Shown: in pieces, positions 42,578-52,631 of the stretch | How positions within the stretch are numbered: the stretch's first letter is position 1 | Layout of the letters: every line of letters starts with the position of its first letter | From: Candidatus Binatia bacterium | GTDB taxonomy: Bacteria > Desulfobacterota > Binatia > UBA9968 > CAXXLF01 | DNA: 64,000 nt | Assembly (NCBI GenBank): GCA_963664015.2 | Contig: CAXXLF010000002.1 | Coordinates: 1,856,001 to 1,920,000, forward strand | Direction: 5' to 3' | The notes under the pieces: model-generated | What the model was told of the DNA's origin: nothing | Seen by the model: only the letters and a program-made list of their open reading frames with translations | Database searches by the model: none | Translations under genes and position numbers: made by a program

Positions 42578-43606
42578 ATGGCAAGGTCTTTTGAGGTGAT
42601 TGATGCGGATGGTCATATCACCGACACAGATGGTAAGGTCAAGGAGTACATGGAGGCCCCTTACCGGGATCGGCGCGTTTCAATCTATCCGAGCGACAAT
42701 TGGGACCGTTCCCTGGGGGGCACACTAGGGACCAGGGCGCCTGACGCCAAGAGCTGGCTCGACGCCCTGGACGGAGCGGAAGTATCGACCTCGGTCCTGT
42801 TCCCTACCTCCGGTCTTGGCTTCGGTTGGCTGCGCGATCCGGACTTCGCTGTGGCCGTGGCCCGAGCCTACAACAACCTGCTCTCGGAGGAGTTTCAAAA
42901 AGTAAGCCCACGCCTCAAGGGCGTTGCCCTGGTCCCGCTGCAGGACGTGCCCGAAGGGGTGAAGGAGATGCGTCGCGCCGTTCAGGAGCTCGGTTTCGTC
43001 GGAGTGATGCTTCCCGCTATCGGACTCAGAAAGCCCTTGGGACACTCCGACTACTGGCCCATCTACGAGGAGGCGGAGAAGCTGGATGTTATGGTGGGGG
43101 TCCATGCCACCGTCCGGGGCGCTCACTACTTCGGCGCGGACATCTTCGATCAATTCATTGACGTCCATACCCTATCTCACCCTTTTGCCCAGATGATGCA
43201 GATGACCAGCATGGTCATGCGCGGTGTCCTGGAGAAATACCCGAGCCTCCGTATCGCCTTTATGGAGGCCGGTTGCTCGTGGGTGCCTTACTGGGCCGGG
43301 AGGATGGACGAAGAATGGGGGATCCGGGGTAAAGTGGAAGCTCCGTTGTGTAAGAAAAAACCCAGCGAGTACATTAAGAGTGATCGAATCTTTTTCCACG
43401 CCGAGGACTACGAGCCGCTCATCGGACCCACGGCCGAGTACCTCAGCCCCGAGGTTATCTACTACGCCTCTGACTGGCCCCATTGGGATAGCGAGTTCCC
43501 TAAAAACATCGACGACATGGCGCAGCGCAAGGATCTAACTGATGAAGATAAAAAGTGGCTCTTCGCCGAGACGGCAAAGAGGCTTTATAAGCTCAACGGA
43601 GCGTAG
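42578..43606 (+). CDS. Amidohydrolase_2 family protein
   Basis: IDADGH, VGVHA, FMEAGCSW and YASDWPHWD; SD AAGGAGG. Confidence 0.9.
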   Translation: MARSFEVIDADGHITDTDGKVKEYMEAPYRDRRVSIYPSDNWDRSLGGTLGTRAPDAKSWLDALDGAEVSTSVLFPTSGLGFGWLRDPDFAVAVARAYNNLLSEEFQKVSPRLKGVALVPLQDVPEGVKEMRRAVQELGFVGVMLPAIGLRKPLGHSDYWPIYEEAEKLDVMVGVHATVRGAHYFGADIFDQFIDVHTLSHPFAQMMQMTSMVMRGVLEKYPSLRIAFMEAGCSWVPYWAGRMDEEWGIRGKVEAPLCKKKPSEYIKSDRIFFHAEDYEPLIGPTAEYLSPEVIYYASDWPHWDSEFPKNIDDMAQRKDLTDEDKKWLFAETAKRLYKLNGA

Positions 43607-43855
43607 GGGCAGAGCGCGGAGGTAAGACAGTAGGCAGTATGCAGGGGGCAGACAGACAAAAGAAGCTGGATAAAAATGTCTTTCGCAAAGACACAAAGGG
43701 CCCCAAGTTCGGAGAAAGTTAATTAATCGCAGATTTTCGTAGATTAACGCAGATAGGGGAGAAATCCGATTTTTTGTTTATCGGGAGACAGCGATTGGGC
43801 AAATACTCTCGTATCTGCGGTGAAATAATCCGGAGCTCGAAACTGATTACTGAGG
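43607..43855. repeat. Modular intergenic element H
   Basis: GGAGGTAAGACAGTAGGCAGTATGCAG, CGCAAAGACACAAAGGGCCCCAAGTTCGGAGAA and ATCGCAGATTTTCGTAGATTAACGCAGAT modules; chimeric core hairpin 43771-43803. Confidence 0.78.
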
Positions 43856-43928
43856 GGAACATGAAAGAGGGTGAAAGATGTTGGGTGTAGGGGGTAGGAA
43901 CCGCAAATCGTAAGGGAAACCAGACTTT

Positions 43929-44055
43929 AGACTGCTGAAAAAGGTTCCAGGTGCGAGGCGCGCAAGAAGTCGACGAGCGGAGGCGTACTCATGCGGTACG
44001 TTGGAGCGAGGCGATTAAGTGCAACGACGCAGATGGGACTTTTTTCAGCGGTCTG
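43929..44055. mobile_element. MITE-like element copy 2 (inverted relative to copy 1)
   Basis: Termini AGACTGCTGAAAAAGG and CTTTTTTCAGCGGTCTG; about 127 bp with no credible ORF. Confidence 0.7.
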
Positions 44056-44066
44056 TATAAGGAAAA

Positions 44067-45857
44067 ATGAATATGGCGAATGGAAGCAGTGAAGCTTTTG
44101 ATCAACGGTGGGGTACCTATCAGGCGGATGAGTGGGCCGATGCTATTGTCACATCGATGAAGCTGGGAGGCATCGACAACCTGTTCTTTGTCTCCGGATC
44201 GGAGACGGCCTTTTTTCAGGAGAGCATCGCTAAGGCCGAGCAGCTCGGGCGGCCGGCCCCCCGGCTGGTCACGGTGCTGCATGAGAGCGTTGCGTTGAAC
44301 GCCGCGCTGGGAAACGCCATGGTCACGGGCAAGCCGGCGGCCACGTCGGTGCACGTGGACGTGGGGACCTTCAACTACGGCGGGGCGATCCATAACGCCT
44401 GGCGTGGGTCGTATCCGGTCATGATGACGGCCGGAAACGGGCCCCGCGCTTATCCGGGCTCCATGGCCGGCGCTCGCAACAATGCGGTGCAATGGATTCA
44501 GGAGCCGCGGGATCAGGGAGAGATCCTCAGGCAGTACACGAAGATGGACCACCGCCTGGAACACGAGGACAATCCCGGTTTCATGATCAGCCGCTTGTTG
44601 CAGGTGGCCATGAGTGAGCCACGGGGCCCGGTCTACCTGTCGCTCCCGCGGGAGTCGGCCATGCTGCGCTTTCCCGGGACGACCCGGTTCCCGACCCGTG
44701 ACGAGCTTGGAATCGCGCGTCCGGCGTGGCCCGACCCGAGTGATGCGCGCAAGGTCGCCCAGTGGCTGATCAAGGCGGACAACCCCTGCGTTCTTACCGC
44801 GAGTTCGGGTCGAAATCCGGACTCGGTAGAAGAGCTAGTACGGCTCGCTGAGCTCTTGGCGCTGCCGGTTCAGGAGGTGGGTCGGTCGGCCGATCAACTG
44901 AACTTTCCCACGACCCATCCCCTGTACGGGGTCGGACCCAATCCCCAGGACGCCGACATGCTCTTGATCATGGAAACTCCGGTCCCCTATATCCCTCCGA
45001 CGGGAAACCCCCGGCCGGGGACCAAGGTCGTGTGGGTCGACGTGGATCCTGTGATGTCCCGCTACAAGACCCTGGATACCCAGGCCGACATGTGGCTTCC
45101 GGTGACTGCGACGTCAGCGGTCCGGGCGATCCACGAGGCTGCAACCGGGATGCTAACCCAGTCCGATATGACCCGGATCGCAGAGCGTCGCGCCCGATTT
45201 GAGGAGCAAAAACGGGAGCAAACCGCAAAGGCGGAAAAGCTGGCCATGGAGGCGGGAAAGAGAAGGCCTCTTCACCCCCGCTGGGTCGGGTACCAGATGG
45301 GTAAGATCCTGGACCCCAACGCCATCGTGTTAGACGACTCGTTGAGCAACTCGCGAAATGTGCAGACCTACCATGGACGCACCAAACCGGGAACCTATTT
45401 CAAGAGCGGCGGCTCTTCCGGCGGCTGGGGCAGCGGTGCTGCATTTGGTGCGAAATTAGGAAAGCCGGACAGCGATGTGGTCCTAGCTACGGGAGACGGG
45501 TATCTGATGTTCGGTAGCCCACTCTCGGCCTTCTGGTGCGGGGCCCATTACAAGGTGCCTTTTTTGACGGTCGTGTTTGTCAACCGCTCTTACTCAACGG
45601 GTACGAGCAACGTCTCCCGTACCTATCCGGAAGGCGCGGTGGTCAAGGCCGGCAACTACGAGGGCGGAGTCTTCGACCCGCCGCCGGATTTTGCCAAGCT
45701 GGCCGAGGCGGCCAATTGTTACGGTGAGACGGTGAGCGATCCCGACCAGGTGGCTTCGGCGCTGCAGCGGGGGATGAAGGAAGTGCGAAACGGCACCCCG
45801 GCACTCCTTGCGATGCAATTGCCAACGCCCATGGAAGAAAAGGAGCTGGCTAAATAG
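44067..45857 (+). CDS. Thiamine pyrophosphate-requiring enzyme (acetolactate synthase/benzoylformate decarboxylase superfamily)
   Basis: LHESVA, HVDVGT, EPRGPVYLSLPRE and ATGDGYLMF..VNRSY ThDP motif. Confidence 0.9.
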   Translation: MNMANGSSEAFDQRWGTYQADEWADAIVTSMKLGGIDNLFFVSGSETAFFQESIAKAEQLGRPAPRLVTVLHESVALNAALGNAMVTGKPAATSVHVDVGTFNYGGAIHNAWRGSYPVMMTAGNGPRAYPGSMAGARNNAVQWIQEPRDQGEILRQYTKMDHRLEHEDNPGFMISRLLQVAMSEPRGPVYLSLPRESAMLRFPGTTRFPTRDELGIARPAWPDPSDARKVAQWLIKADNPCVLTASSGRNPDSVEELVRLAELLALPVQEVGRSADQLNFPTTHPLYGVGPNPQDADMLLIMETPVPYIPPTGNPRPGTKVVWVDVDPVMSRYKTLDTQADMWLPVTATSAVRAIHEAATGMLTQSDMTRIAERRARFEEQKREQTAKAEKLAMEAGKRRPLHPRWVGYQMGKILDPNAIVLDDSLSNSRNVQTYHGRTKPGTYFKSGGSSGGWGSGAAFGAKLGKPDSDVVLATGDGYLMFGSPLSAFWCGAHYKVPFLTVVFVNRSYSTGTSNVSRTYPEGAVVKAGNYEGGVFDPPPDFAKLAEAANCYGETVSDPDQVASALQRGMKEVRNGTPALLAMQLPTPMEEKELAK

Positions 45858-45859
45858 CC

Positions 45860-46400
45860 AGCTCGCAAAGCGTATGGCGCGGAAGTAAGACAGTGAGCAG
45901 GGGGCAGCAATTCGTTAAGAGACTTCTGACAACTGACAGAAGAAAGATAGGAGGCAGCTGGCAGCTTGAGATAAGAAGCCGGAGAAAAATCACTCGCGCA
46001 AAGACGCAAAGCGCGCCAAGTTAGGAGAAGATATAAAATATCCTTCCTTTGCGCCTTGGCTCAGTCAAAGGCTGATCCGCCCTCTGGCGGAGTTTTGGTG
46101 CGAGAAAAGTATTCCGGTAAGAAACCGAGGTCTTTTGCCTCTGCGTACTCTGCGCCTCTGCGGTCAATTTCCGAATTCCCATCCGTGTCTATCAGCGGTT
46201 AGTTGTTCATAACGCTTTTCTCTATGCCCTCTGCTCTTTGCAGTTCCGCCGTCGGCGTCCATCTGCGTTAATCTGCGGTTAAATGTCTTAACTCTTTCCC
46301 CCTTGCTGCCCACTGCATACTGCCTACTGTCTTACTTCCGTCGGTAGTCTCTTCTTTCTGGCTGATTTTGGACCTCCGACCTCTGCCATCTGTCTTTCTG
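45860..46400. repeat. Modular nested palindromic element I (most complete copy)
   Basis: CGGAAGTAAGACAGT (45880) pairs with ACTGTCTTACTTCCG (46326-46340); inner CCGGAGAAAAATCACTCGCGCAAAGACGCAAAG pairs with CTTTGCGCCTTGGC..TGCGAGAAAAGTATTCCGG. Confidence 0.85.
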
Positions 46401-46407
46401 GTTCCCC

Positions 46408-47313
46408 GTGCGCTATATAATTCCTGTGCCGGCTTCATGGTTACAACTCTCCGTCAAAGCCAATCCGGCTGCCCTGGATACCATTGCTAACTTTTTGATC
46501 GAGCGGGGATCGCCCGGTGTTATGCTCAAAGAGGCCGAGGTGCGCGCCTGGTTCCCTACGGTGGGGAGGGCGCTGACACTCAAGCGGGACATCCGTCGCT
46601 TCCTGAAGGGCATCAGCGAGATCTACCCTGAAGTAAAGTCTAAGGTAAAGCGAAGAGCGCTGCGCTGGACGGTCCTGAAAGACCGGAATTGGAACAGTTA
46701 CTGGCGTCGGTTTTTCACTCCGCAAAAGATCGCCAAGACCATCTTGATCACGCCGCCGTGGCGTAAGCCGGCAAAGGCAGAAAAAAGAAAGGTGATCGAG
46801 ATTGAGCCCGGCATGGCTTTTGGGACGGGCACTCATGCGACGACGCGGGGTTGTTTGGAGTATCTGGAAGAGGTCGTCCGCAGGCAACCGCAAGGTCTGA
46901 AAGGTCTGATCGCCCTGGACGTGGGAACTGGGTCCGGCATTCTGGCCATTGCCCTGGCCAAGATGGGCGTGCGTCGGGTGGTGGCCCTGGATAACGATCC
47001 CGTCGCTCTAAAAGTCGCCCGCTCCAATGTCAAACGTAACCGGGTGGCAAAGTCGGTCGTCTTGTCGAGCACCGAACTCCAACGCTACAAGGGTCCATTC
47101 AACGTTGTGGTGGCCAACTTGACCGCCGAAACCATCATAGATGTCGCGCCGCTCTTGAAAAAGAACGTGGCGCGGGGCGGGACCCTCATCCTTGCCGGCA
47201 TCCTCGATTCCCAGGAGCGAGAGGTCCTGGCCCATTTCAAAAACCCCTTTACCCTGCTGCGGAAAAAGAGTAGCGAGGGTTGGTCCACACTGGCGTTAAT
47301 GAAAGAGGCCTGA
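46408..47313 (+). CDS. prmA: 50S ribosomal protein L11 methyltransferase
   Basis: IEPGMAFGTGTHATT, LDVGTGSGILAI, DNDPVA and VVANL; start may be 46426. Confidence 0.93.
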   Translation: MRYIIPVPASWLQLSVKANPAALDTIANFLIERGSPGVMLKEAEVRAWFPTVGRALTLKRDIRRFLKGISEIYPEVKSKVKRRALRWTVLKDRNWNSYWRRFFTPQKIAKTILITPPWRKPAKAEKRKVIEIEPGMAFGTGTHATTRGCLEYLEEVVRRQPQGLKGLIALDVGTGSGILAIALAKMGVRRVVALDNDPVALKVARSNVKRNRVAKSVVLSSTELQRYKGPFNVVVANLTAETIIDVAPLLKKNVARGGTLILAGILDSQEREVLAHFKNPFTLLRKKSSEGWSTLALMKEA

Positions 47314-47315
47314 TC

Positions 47316-48056
47316 ATGTCCCGCTTTTTTTTCACTAGAGACAAGATAGAAAACAACAAGGCGACCCTGGAGGGCACCGAGCTCGGTCACATAAAGACGG
47401 TCCTGCGCCTCAAGCCGGGACAGAGCGTCTTCCTGTTCGACGATGAGGGCTGGGAGCACGAGGCCAGGATCCAGTCCTACGGCGATCGCAGCGCGGAACT
47501 GGAGATCTTGAAGTCGTACCAACCGGCCCGCGAGTCCCCTCTGGCGATCACATTGGCACAGGCGGTGGGTAAAGGGGAGAAGATGGACTGGGTGGTCGAG
47601 AAGGCCACCGAGTTGGGCGTCCACACTATCGTCCCCTTTTTCTCTTCCTATACGGTGCCCCGTCTCGATTCGAAACGGGCGGACAAGCGGCGGTCGCGCT
47701 GGGAAAAGATCGCCTTGAGCGCCGTAAAGCAGTCGGGCCGCACCCGGATCCCGACCCTACTCGACGTGTGCGAATTCCAGGATCTGGTTCGAAAAGACTG
47801 GTCCTGTGACTTGAAACTCCTTCTCTGTCCGGGAGACTTTAACGTCCGTATGAACCGTATTAAAGAAAAGCATCCACAAATCGCATCCGTGTTGCTTGTC
47901 ATAGGTCCGGAGGGCGGCCTCACCTCCGACGAAGTCCTTCAGGCCGAGCGTGAGGGATTTAAGATTGTCCACCTGGGCCGCAGGATACTTCGAACCGAGA
48001 CCGCCGCCGTCAGCGCCCTCACCATCCTGCAACTCCTGTGGGGGGACCTGGGGTAG
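47316..48056 (+). CDS. rsmE: 16S rRNA m3U1498 methyltransferase
   Basis: HIKTVLRL, EKATELGV, AVKQSGR, IGPEGG and LGRRILRTETA. Confidence 0.95.
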   Translation: MSRFFFTRDKIENNKATLEGTELGHIKTVLRLKPGQSVFLFDDEGWEHEARIQSYGDRSAELEILKSYQPARESPLAITLAQAVGKGEKMDWVVEKATELGVHTIVPFFSSYTVPRLDSKRADKRRSRWEKIALSAVKQSGRTRIPTLLDVCEFQDLVRKDWSCDLKLLLCPGDFNVRMNRIKEKHPQIASVLLVIGPEGGLTSDEVLQAEREGFKIVHLGRRILRTETAAVSALTILQLLWGDLG

Positions 48057-48074
48057 GCGCGCGAAGCGCGACAA

Positions 48075-48530
48075 ACCGGAGGTCAGAAGACAGACAAGAG
48101 AAAAAGATAGTAGGATTTATTCACGGCAGAGACGCAGAGAAAAGACAGAAGAGATTTAACCGCGGATTTTCGTAGATTAACGCCGATTTAGGATTCACCG
48201 AGGAGGAACGGAGGGGGAGGAAATACTTTTTGCCCAATCGGGCGGCGACGATTGGGCAAAAAGAGCTCCTTTTTGTTTGTCGTCGTCACCCGACAAACAA
48301 AAAATAAAGTCTCTGCTCCTGTCCCTTGATGCTGTTGTTACAGCCAACGCCTTGCTGTTTTTCTGACTTCTTCAGCCGAAGGCTGATCAGCCTCAGGCTG
48401 TGACCTCTAACTTCCGATCTCTGGCTCTTTATTCTCTGCGTGCTCTGCCGTAGTATTTTTGAATTTAATCGGCGATCATCAGCGTAAATCTGCGGTTAAT
48501 GGGTTTGAAGCTGAAGGCTGATAGCTGATG
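48075..48530. repeat. Modular nested palindromic element J
   Basis: TTAACCGCGGATTTTCGTAGAT versus ATCAGCGTAAATCTGCGGTTAA; CACGGCAGAGACGCAGAGA versus TCTCTGCGTGCTCTGCCGT; two core hairpins at 48226-48263 and 48270-48303. Confidence 0.85.
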
Positions 48531-48598
48531 GCCAAGAGGTAACCGAACGATTGCAATTCCTCACCCACAGCCCTAGCATAGATGAAAGGTACCCAGTT

Positions 48599-49402
48599 AT
48601 GAAATGTCCCAAGTGTGGATTCCTTAGCGCTAACGATCTCGAGCGCTGCAAGCGGTGCGGGGCTGACTGGGTCAAAGAGCGTGCGCAGATCGAAACCGGG
48701 TCCCAGGAACGGGCTAGCCGGGAGGCCGAGGGCTTATCCGCTAAAATTTCGGCATCTATAGAGACGGAGACGAAGCCCGAGGCTGAGACTTCGGAGGCTT
48801 TGAGGGGTTTGGAAGGTTTGATGGCTGAGCCCGAAGAGGTTCCTGCTGCGGAGCCACACGCGGAACCCGGCCCGATATTGGAGCGAGGCGCAGCGGCCGT
48901 TGCCCTCGATCGTGAGTTCGACCGGCTCTATGAGACCTTACGAGCGCGGGAGGTGGGAGGAGGGCCCCCGCGGTGGGGTGGATTCTTCCGGCGTTCCTCT
49001 GCCTTTTCTATCGACCTTATGGTCCTGTCCATGCTCTCCAGCTTGCTCTTTTATCTGATCAACGTTGGCTTCCAGGTCGGCATGTCGGCGCACGGACAAA
49101 CCATGACGGTGGATCACTTGTTCTTATTGATTCATATCTTTGTGCTCGCCTGGTTGGGCCTGGTGGCAAGTTACTTTGTGATGCTTCCTGCAATGAGCGG
49201 TATGACCGTGGGTAAATGGCTTCTGGGATTGAAGATCGTAGCGGCAAACCGTGCACCCATCTCATACCCACAGGCGATGCTCCGCTGGCTAGGGTATGCC
49301 ATATCGGCCCCGTTGGGCCTGGGGTTTCTCTGGATTATGGTTAGCCGGGAGAAAAGGGCATGGCACGACCTCCTCGCCCGGACTTGGGTTGTCAGGGGGT
49401 AG
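48599..49402 (+). CDS. RDD family membrane protein with N-terminal zinc ribbon
   Basis: MKCPKCG..CKRCG; GFFRRSSAFSID, GMTVGKWLLGLKIV and WHDLLARTWVV. Confidence 0.88.
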   Translation: MKCPKCGFLSANDLERCKRCGADWVKERAQIETGSQERASREAEGLSAKISASIETETKPEAETSEALRGLEGLMAEPEEVPAAEPHAEPGPILERGAAAVALDREFDRLYETLRAREVGGGPPRWGGFFRRSSAFSIDLMVLSMLSSLLFYLINVGFQVGMSAHGQTMTVDHLFLLIHIFVLAWLGLVASYFVMLPAMSGMTVGKWLLGLKIVAANRAPISYPQAMLRWLGYAISAPLGLGFLWIMVSREKRAWHDLLARTWVVRG

Positions 49403-49407
49403 GGGAG

Positions 49408-49560
49408 CGTCAGTCAGTACTGAGTTATCGGATCAGAGAAATACAGCTGGCAGTAGGCAGAATCCGGACGCTTTGCACCATGCTCTTTGCGCTTTGCCGT
49501 GATATTCTTGAATTTTATCGGCGAAAATCGGCGGTGAAAAAATCCGTATCTGTAAACTGA
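49408..49560. repeat. Short modular intergenic element K
   Basis: AGTACTGAGTTATC (as near 29580), CAGCTGGCAGTAGGCAG, CTTTGCACCATGCTCTTTGCG and ATCGGCGAAAATCGGCGGTG. Confidence 0.55.
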
Positions 49561-49593
49561 TTGTTGTAAACTAAGTCCTACGAAAGTACGCTT

Positions 49594-50547
49594 ATGAGTA
49601 GTCTGAAGTTTGGAATAATCATCGACCCCATCGAAAAGATCGATATTGACAAGGACACGACCTTTGTCATGATGCTCGAGGCTGAAAAGCGGGGACATGA
49701 GCTCCATTATATGGAGATGGGGGACCTCTTTATCCGCGACACGGTGCCCCATGCCTCCTCTCGTCCGCTCAGTGTCAAGCGGGGAAAGCCCCACTTCACA
49801 CTGAAGGAGGCGGTGATTCATCCCCTGAATTGGTTCGACGTCGTCCTCATGCGGAAGGACCCTCCCTTCGACCTCCAGTACTACTTCATGACCCATCTGC
49901 TGAGCCTCGTGGACCCGTGCCAGTGCGTCGTGGTCAACGATCCCCACGGCCTTAGGGAAGCTACGGAGAAGCTCTACGCCCTGAATTTTCCCAGCGTCAT
50001 CCCACCCTCCATCGTTACTAACGACGTTGCGCGCCTGAAGACATTCATGGAAAAGCAGGACGGTGAGATGATCGTAAAGCCGCTCGAAGGCTGCGGCGGC
50101 CACGGGGTCTTTTACCTCACCCTGAAGGACCGCAACCTGAGCGCCGTCCTGGAGCTGGCAACATTGGATGGGAAGATCCCGGTCATGGGCCAGCGCTATC
50201 TGCCGGAGATTCGCCAGGGAGACAAACGGGTCCTCGTACTGGACGGCGAGCCCATCGGCGCGCTGCTCCGCGTACCGACCGAGAATGAGAACCGGGCCAA
50301 CCTCCATGTGGGCGGTTCCTCCGTCAAGGGCGAGATCACGCCCCGGGACCGGGAGATCTGCCGGGTCCTTTCCGAGCCTTTGAAAAAGCTTGGCCTTTAC
50401 TTTGTCGGACTCGACGTCATCGGCGATTATCTCACCGAGGTCAACGTCACCAGCCCCACCTGCGTCCAAGAGATCAACACCCTCGACAAAGTCCAACTGG
50501 AAACCCAGATTATTGACTTCATCGAGAAAAAAGCCGCGCAACACTAG
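49594..50547 (+). CDS. gshB: Glutathione synthetase
   Basis: KDTTFVMMLEA, MRKDPPFD, EKL, GDKRVL, RANLHVGG and GDYLTEVNVTSPT. Confidence 0.96.
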   Translation: MSSLKFGIIIDPIEKIDIDKDTTFVMMLEAEKRGHELHYMEMGDLFIRDTVPHASSRPLSVKRGKPHFTLKEAVIHPLNWFDVVLMRKDPPFDLQYYFMTHLLSLVDPCQCVVVNDPHGLREATEKLYALNFPSVIPPSIVTNDVARLKTFMEKQDGEMIVKPLEGCGGHGVFYLTLKDRNLSAVLELATLDGKIPVMGQRYLPEIRQGDKRVLVLDGEPIGALLRVPTENENRANLHVGGSSVKGEITPRDREICRVLSEPLKKLGLYFVGLDVIGDYLTEVNVTSPTCVQEINTLDKVQLETQIIDFIEKKAAQH

Positions 50548-50565
50548 CTATCAGCCTTTGATATC

Positions 50566-50601
50566 AAGAGCGGCGGTCCACATGGGCCGCCGCTCTTTTT
50601 T
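50566..50601 (+). terminator. Rho-independent terminator after gshB
   Basis: AAGAGCGGCGGTCCA-CA-TGGGCCGCCGCTCTTTTTT. Confidence 0.85.
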
Positions 50602-50716
50602 GCCTAAAATATGGTTCCATCGCCATTACGGCAAGGAGAGTCGTAAAATTTTTTCCCTGAGCTAAATATTTGACGTAGGTCGAGGTTAAATGCTAGTAAA
50701 TTAAATCCTTATGTAT

Positions 50717-50789
<73 letters not shown>

Positions 50790-51195
50790 CATTCCCACCT
50801 TATGGTTTTCGAGTTTTTGGGGCTTAGGCGCACTTCTACTTCGATTTCTTGCACTTGTTGCTGGCACTCGGGCGCGCACTGTGCCGTCTACCTCGACGTC
50901 CCACTTTCTGGTGCTCTTCACCGTCAAGTCCTTTTTCATTACGCCTAGGATATGACGGTTCCATTGTTTCATCAGATCCGGTGCGACCTATTCTGAACGC
51001 TAGTATCTATATTGACTGACTGATGCACTCGGTGGCAGACCCAAGCGTTGCCTATTTTGGGGGACTTTTCCCGCTTGGCATACTCTATGCTTTCATTCAA
51101 TGGAGAAGTTAAGGAAACGAACATGAGGGAATGCGACGGTACAATGATGTATCACCCGTTGTACGGTCCTGAGCCAAGAGAAGGATAAGGTTTCT

Positions 51196-51657
51196 ATGTG
51201 GCGCATAAATAAACAGAACATTCTAATCCCTGATCCGAACACCGTCTCCGTGGTCGATCGCGAATGTGAGCTGCAAGAAAAATTTCGGTCTCACGGGGCG
51301 CTTGTTATCAAAGGAAAACTTAAAGGCAAGACGGTCTACGATGATACCCTCGTCGTTGCCGAATCCGGCGTGCTGGAGGCCGATTGCGAGGTCAAGGAAA
51401 TTGTATTGGAAGGTCGGCTTCAGGGAGACGCCAGCGCAAGAGAGCGAATGGAGCTACGCTCGACGGCTCGCGCCGGCGGGAGTATCTCGACGCCGGTCCT
51501 GGTGGTCGATGAAGGGGCAATATTGACCTGCGAGATCAAGACGACGGGAGCTCCGGTCGATGTTATTCCCATTACCAACGAGGAACCTGAAGAATCCGGT
51601 TTGGCTTACGCCCCCATGGCCGCCGCCGGTTGTTCTCTCTTCTCCGAGGCCAAGTAG
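51196..51657 (+). CDS. Bactofilin (polymer-forming cytoskeletal) domain protein
   Basis: GALVIKGKLKG..LVVAESGVLEAD..EGRLQGD..ELRSTARAGGSISTPVLVVDEGA. Confidence 0.8.
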   Translation: MWRINKQNILIPDPNTVSVVDRECELQEKFRSHGALVIKGKLKGKTVYDDTLVVAESGVLEADCEVKEIVLEGRLQGDASARERMELRSTARAGGSISTPVLVVDEGAILTCEIKTTGAPVDVIPITNEEPEESGLAYAPMAAAGCSLFSEAK

Positions 51658-51838
51658 GCTAGTCCGCGAATCCGTCCCTCCCTTACTTAACCTAACTTTC
51701 AATACCGAGTTTAAAAAACTACCGAGATTTGATCGAAGGCTGACCTAATCATTTCTCCACTTCACGAACTCTAATCTTGCAACACTCAGCGAGGATTGCA
51801 TATTCCAATATCCTTCTCCCTCTTACCAAACGGTCCTG

Positions 51839-51867
51839 TTGACACGTAATAACCAGGTGGTTATAGG
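51839..51867 (+). promoter_or_regulatory. Possible sigma70 promoter with overlapping palindrome
   Basis: TTGACA-17 bp-TATAGG containing ATAACCAGGTGGTTAT. Confidence 0.35.
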
Positions 51868-51971
51868 GCCCCTTGACCTAGCTGAAAATAGAAGACAAGG
51901 ATGTGATCGGGCCGTTTTGCCCGATCTGATGGACGGGTCAGAGTGACGTAAGAACCGCTGGAAATTTATAG

Positions 51972-52475
51972 ATGAAAGCTAGGAATTTCAATAGCCACTC
52001 CCAACAATCCAACGACGCTCTCTTCCAGAAAATTGCCCCTGGACTCATTCTAATTGTTGTCTCCCCTTTCATTAGCTTGGTTAGCAATGCAGCGGAGCCC
52101 AGGGATCAAGAGGCTGCTCGGGGTCATGAGTCCAAGGCTGAGAATCGGGAAGGTTCCCAAGAGGAGGGAGTTGGCGTGGCCCTGGACGGTGCCGGAGACG
52201 AAAAGGCACTAGCGTCTAGTACTTACAAGTTGGCAAGTGATAATTGGGCTAAGGCGGCGACGGAATACGAAACGGCAGGTGATCTCGATAAGGCGCATAT
52301 GGCTCAATTCAACGCGGACACAACTTTGGAGGCTGCAAAGCGCACACTGATGGAGGCAATCGACTCTCACCGGAGGGCCGTCAAGCAATTCCAGGATTCC
52401 AATAGCCTGGATAAAAAAACAGGTGCCCTCGAGAAGATTGCTGCGAATCTCGAAAAGTTAATGAAACTGGAGTAA
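51972..52475 (+). CDS. Hypothetical exported alpha-helical protein
   Basis: Hydrophobic signal-like segment followed by Ala/Glu/Lys-rich helices. Confidence 0.55.
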   Translation: MKARNFNSHSQQSNDALFQKIAPGLILIVVSPFISLVSNAAEPRDQEAARGHESKAENREGSQEEGVGVALDGAGDEKALASSTYKLASDNWAKAATEYETAGDLDKAHMAQFNADTTLEAAKRTLMEAIDSHRRAVKQFQDSNSLDKKTGALEKIAANLEKLMKLE

Positions 52476-52631
52476 CTGAAGATACGGGAATATGACCTTA
52501 CGGAAAACTCGCCTGTACCCGATACCGTTCCGAGTCCCTCACTCACCTCTTGGCGAGTTGTTGACTAAACCACCCTTTCAAGTCTAATCTCCTTTCAGAA
52601 AGACAGCCCTGAAAACTGAAAGGAGATAGCC

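Noticed and set aside
49414-50544. 376 aa minus-strand ORF and similar long antisense ORFs (e.g. 14606-15379, 15554-16321, 53999-54703)
   Set aside because: Shadow frames of well-supported genes on the opposite strand in GC-rich DNA.
50795-50940. Small minus-strand ORF remnant next to tRNA-Phe (MKKDLTVKSTRKWDVEVDG...)
   Set aside because: As called it runs antisense through the tRNA and has no recognisable motif; too weak to annotate.
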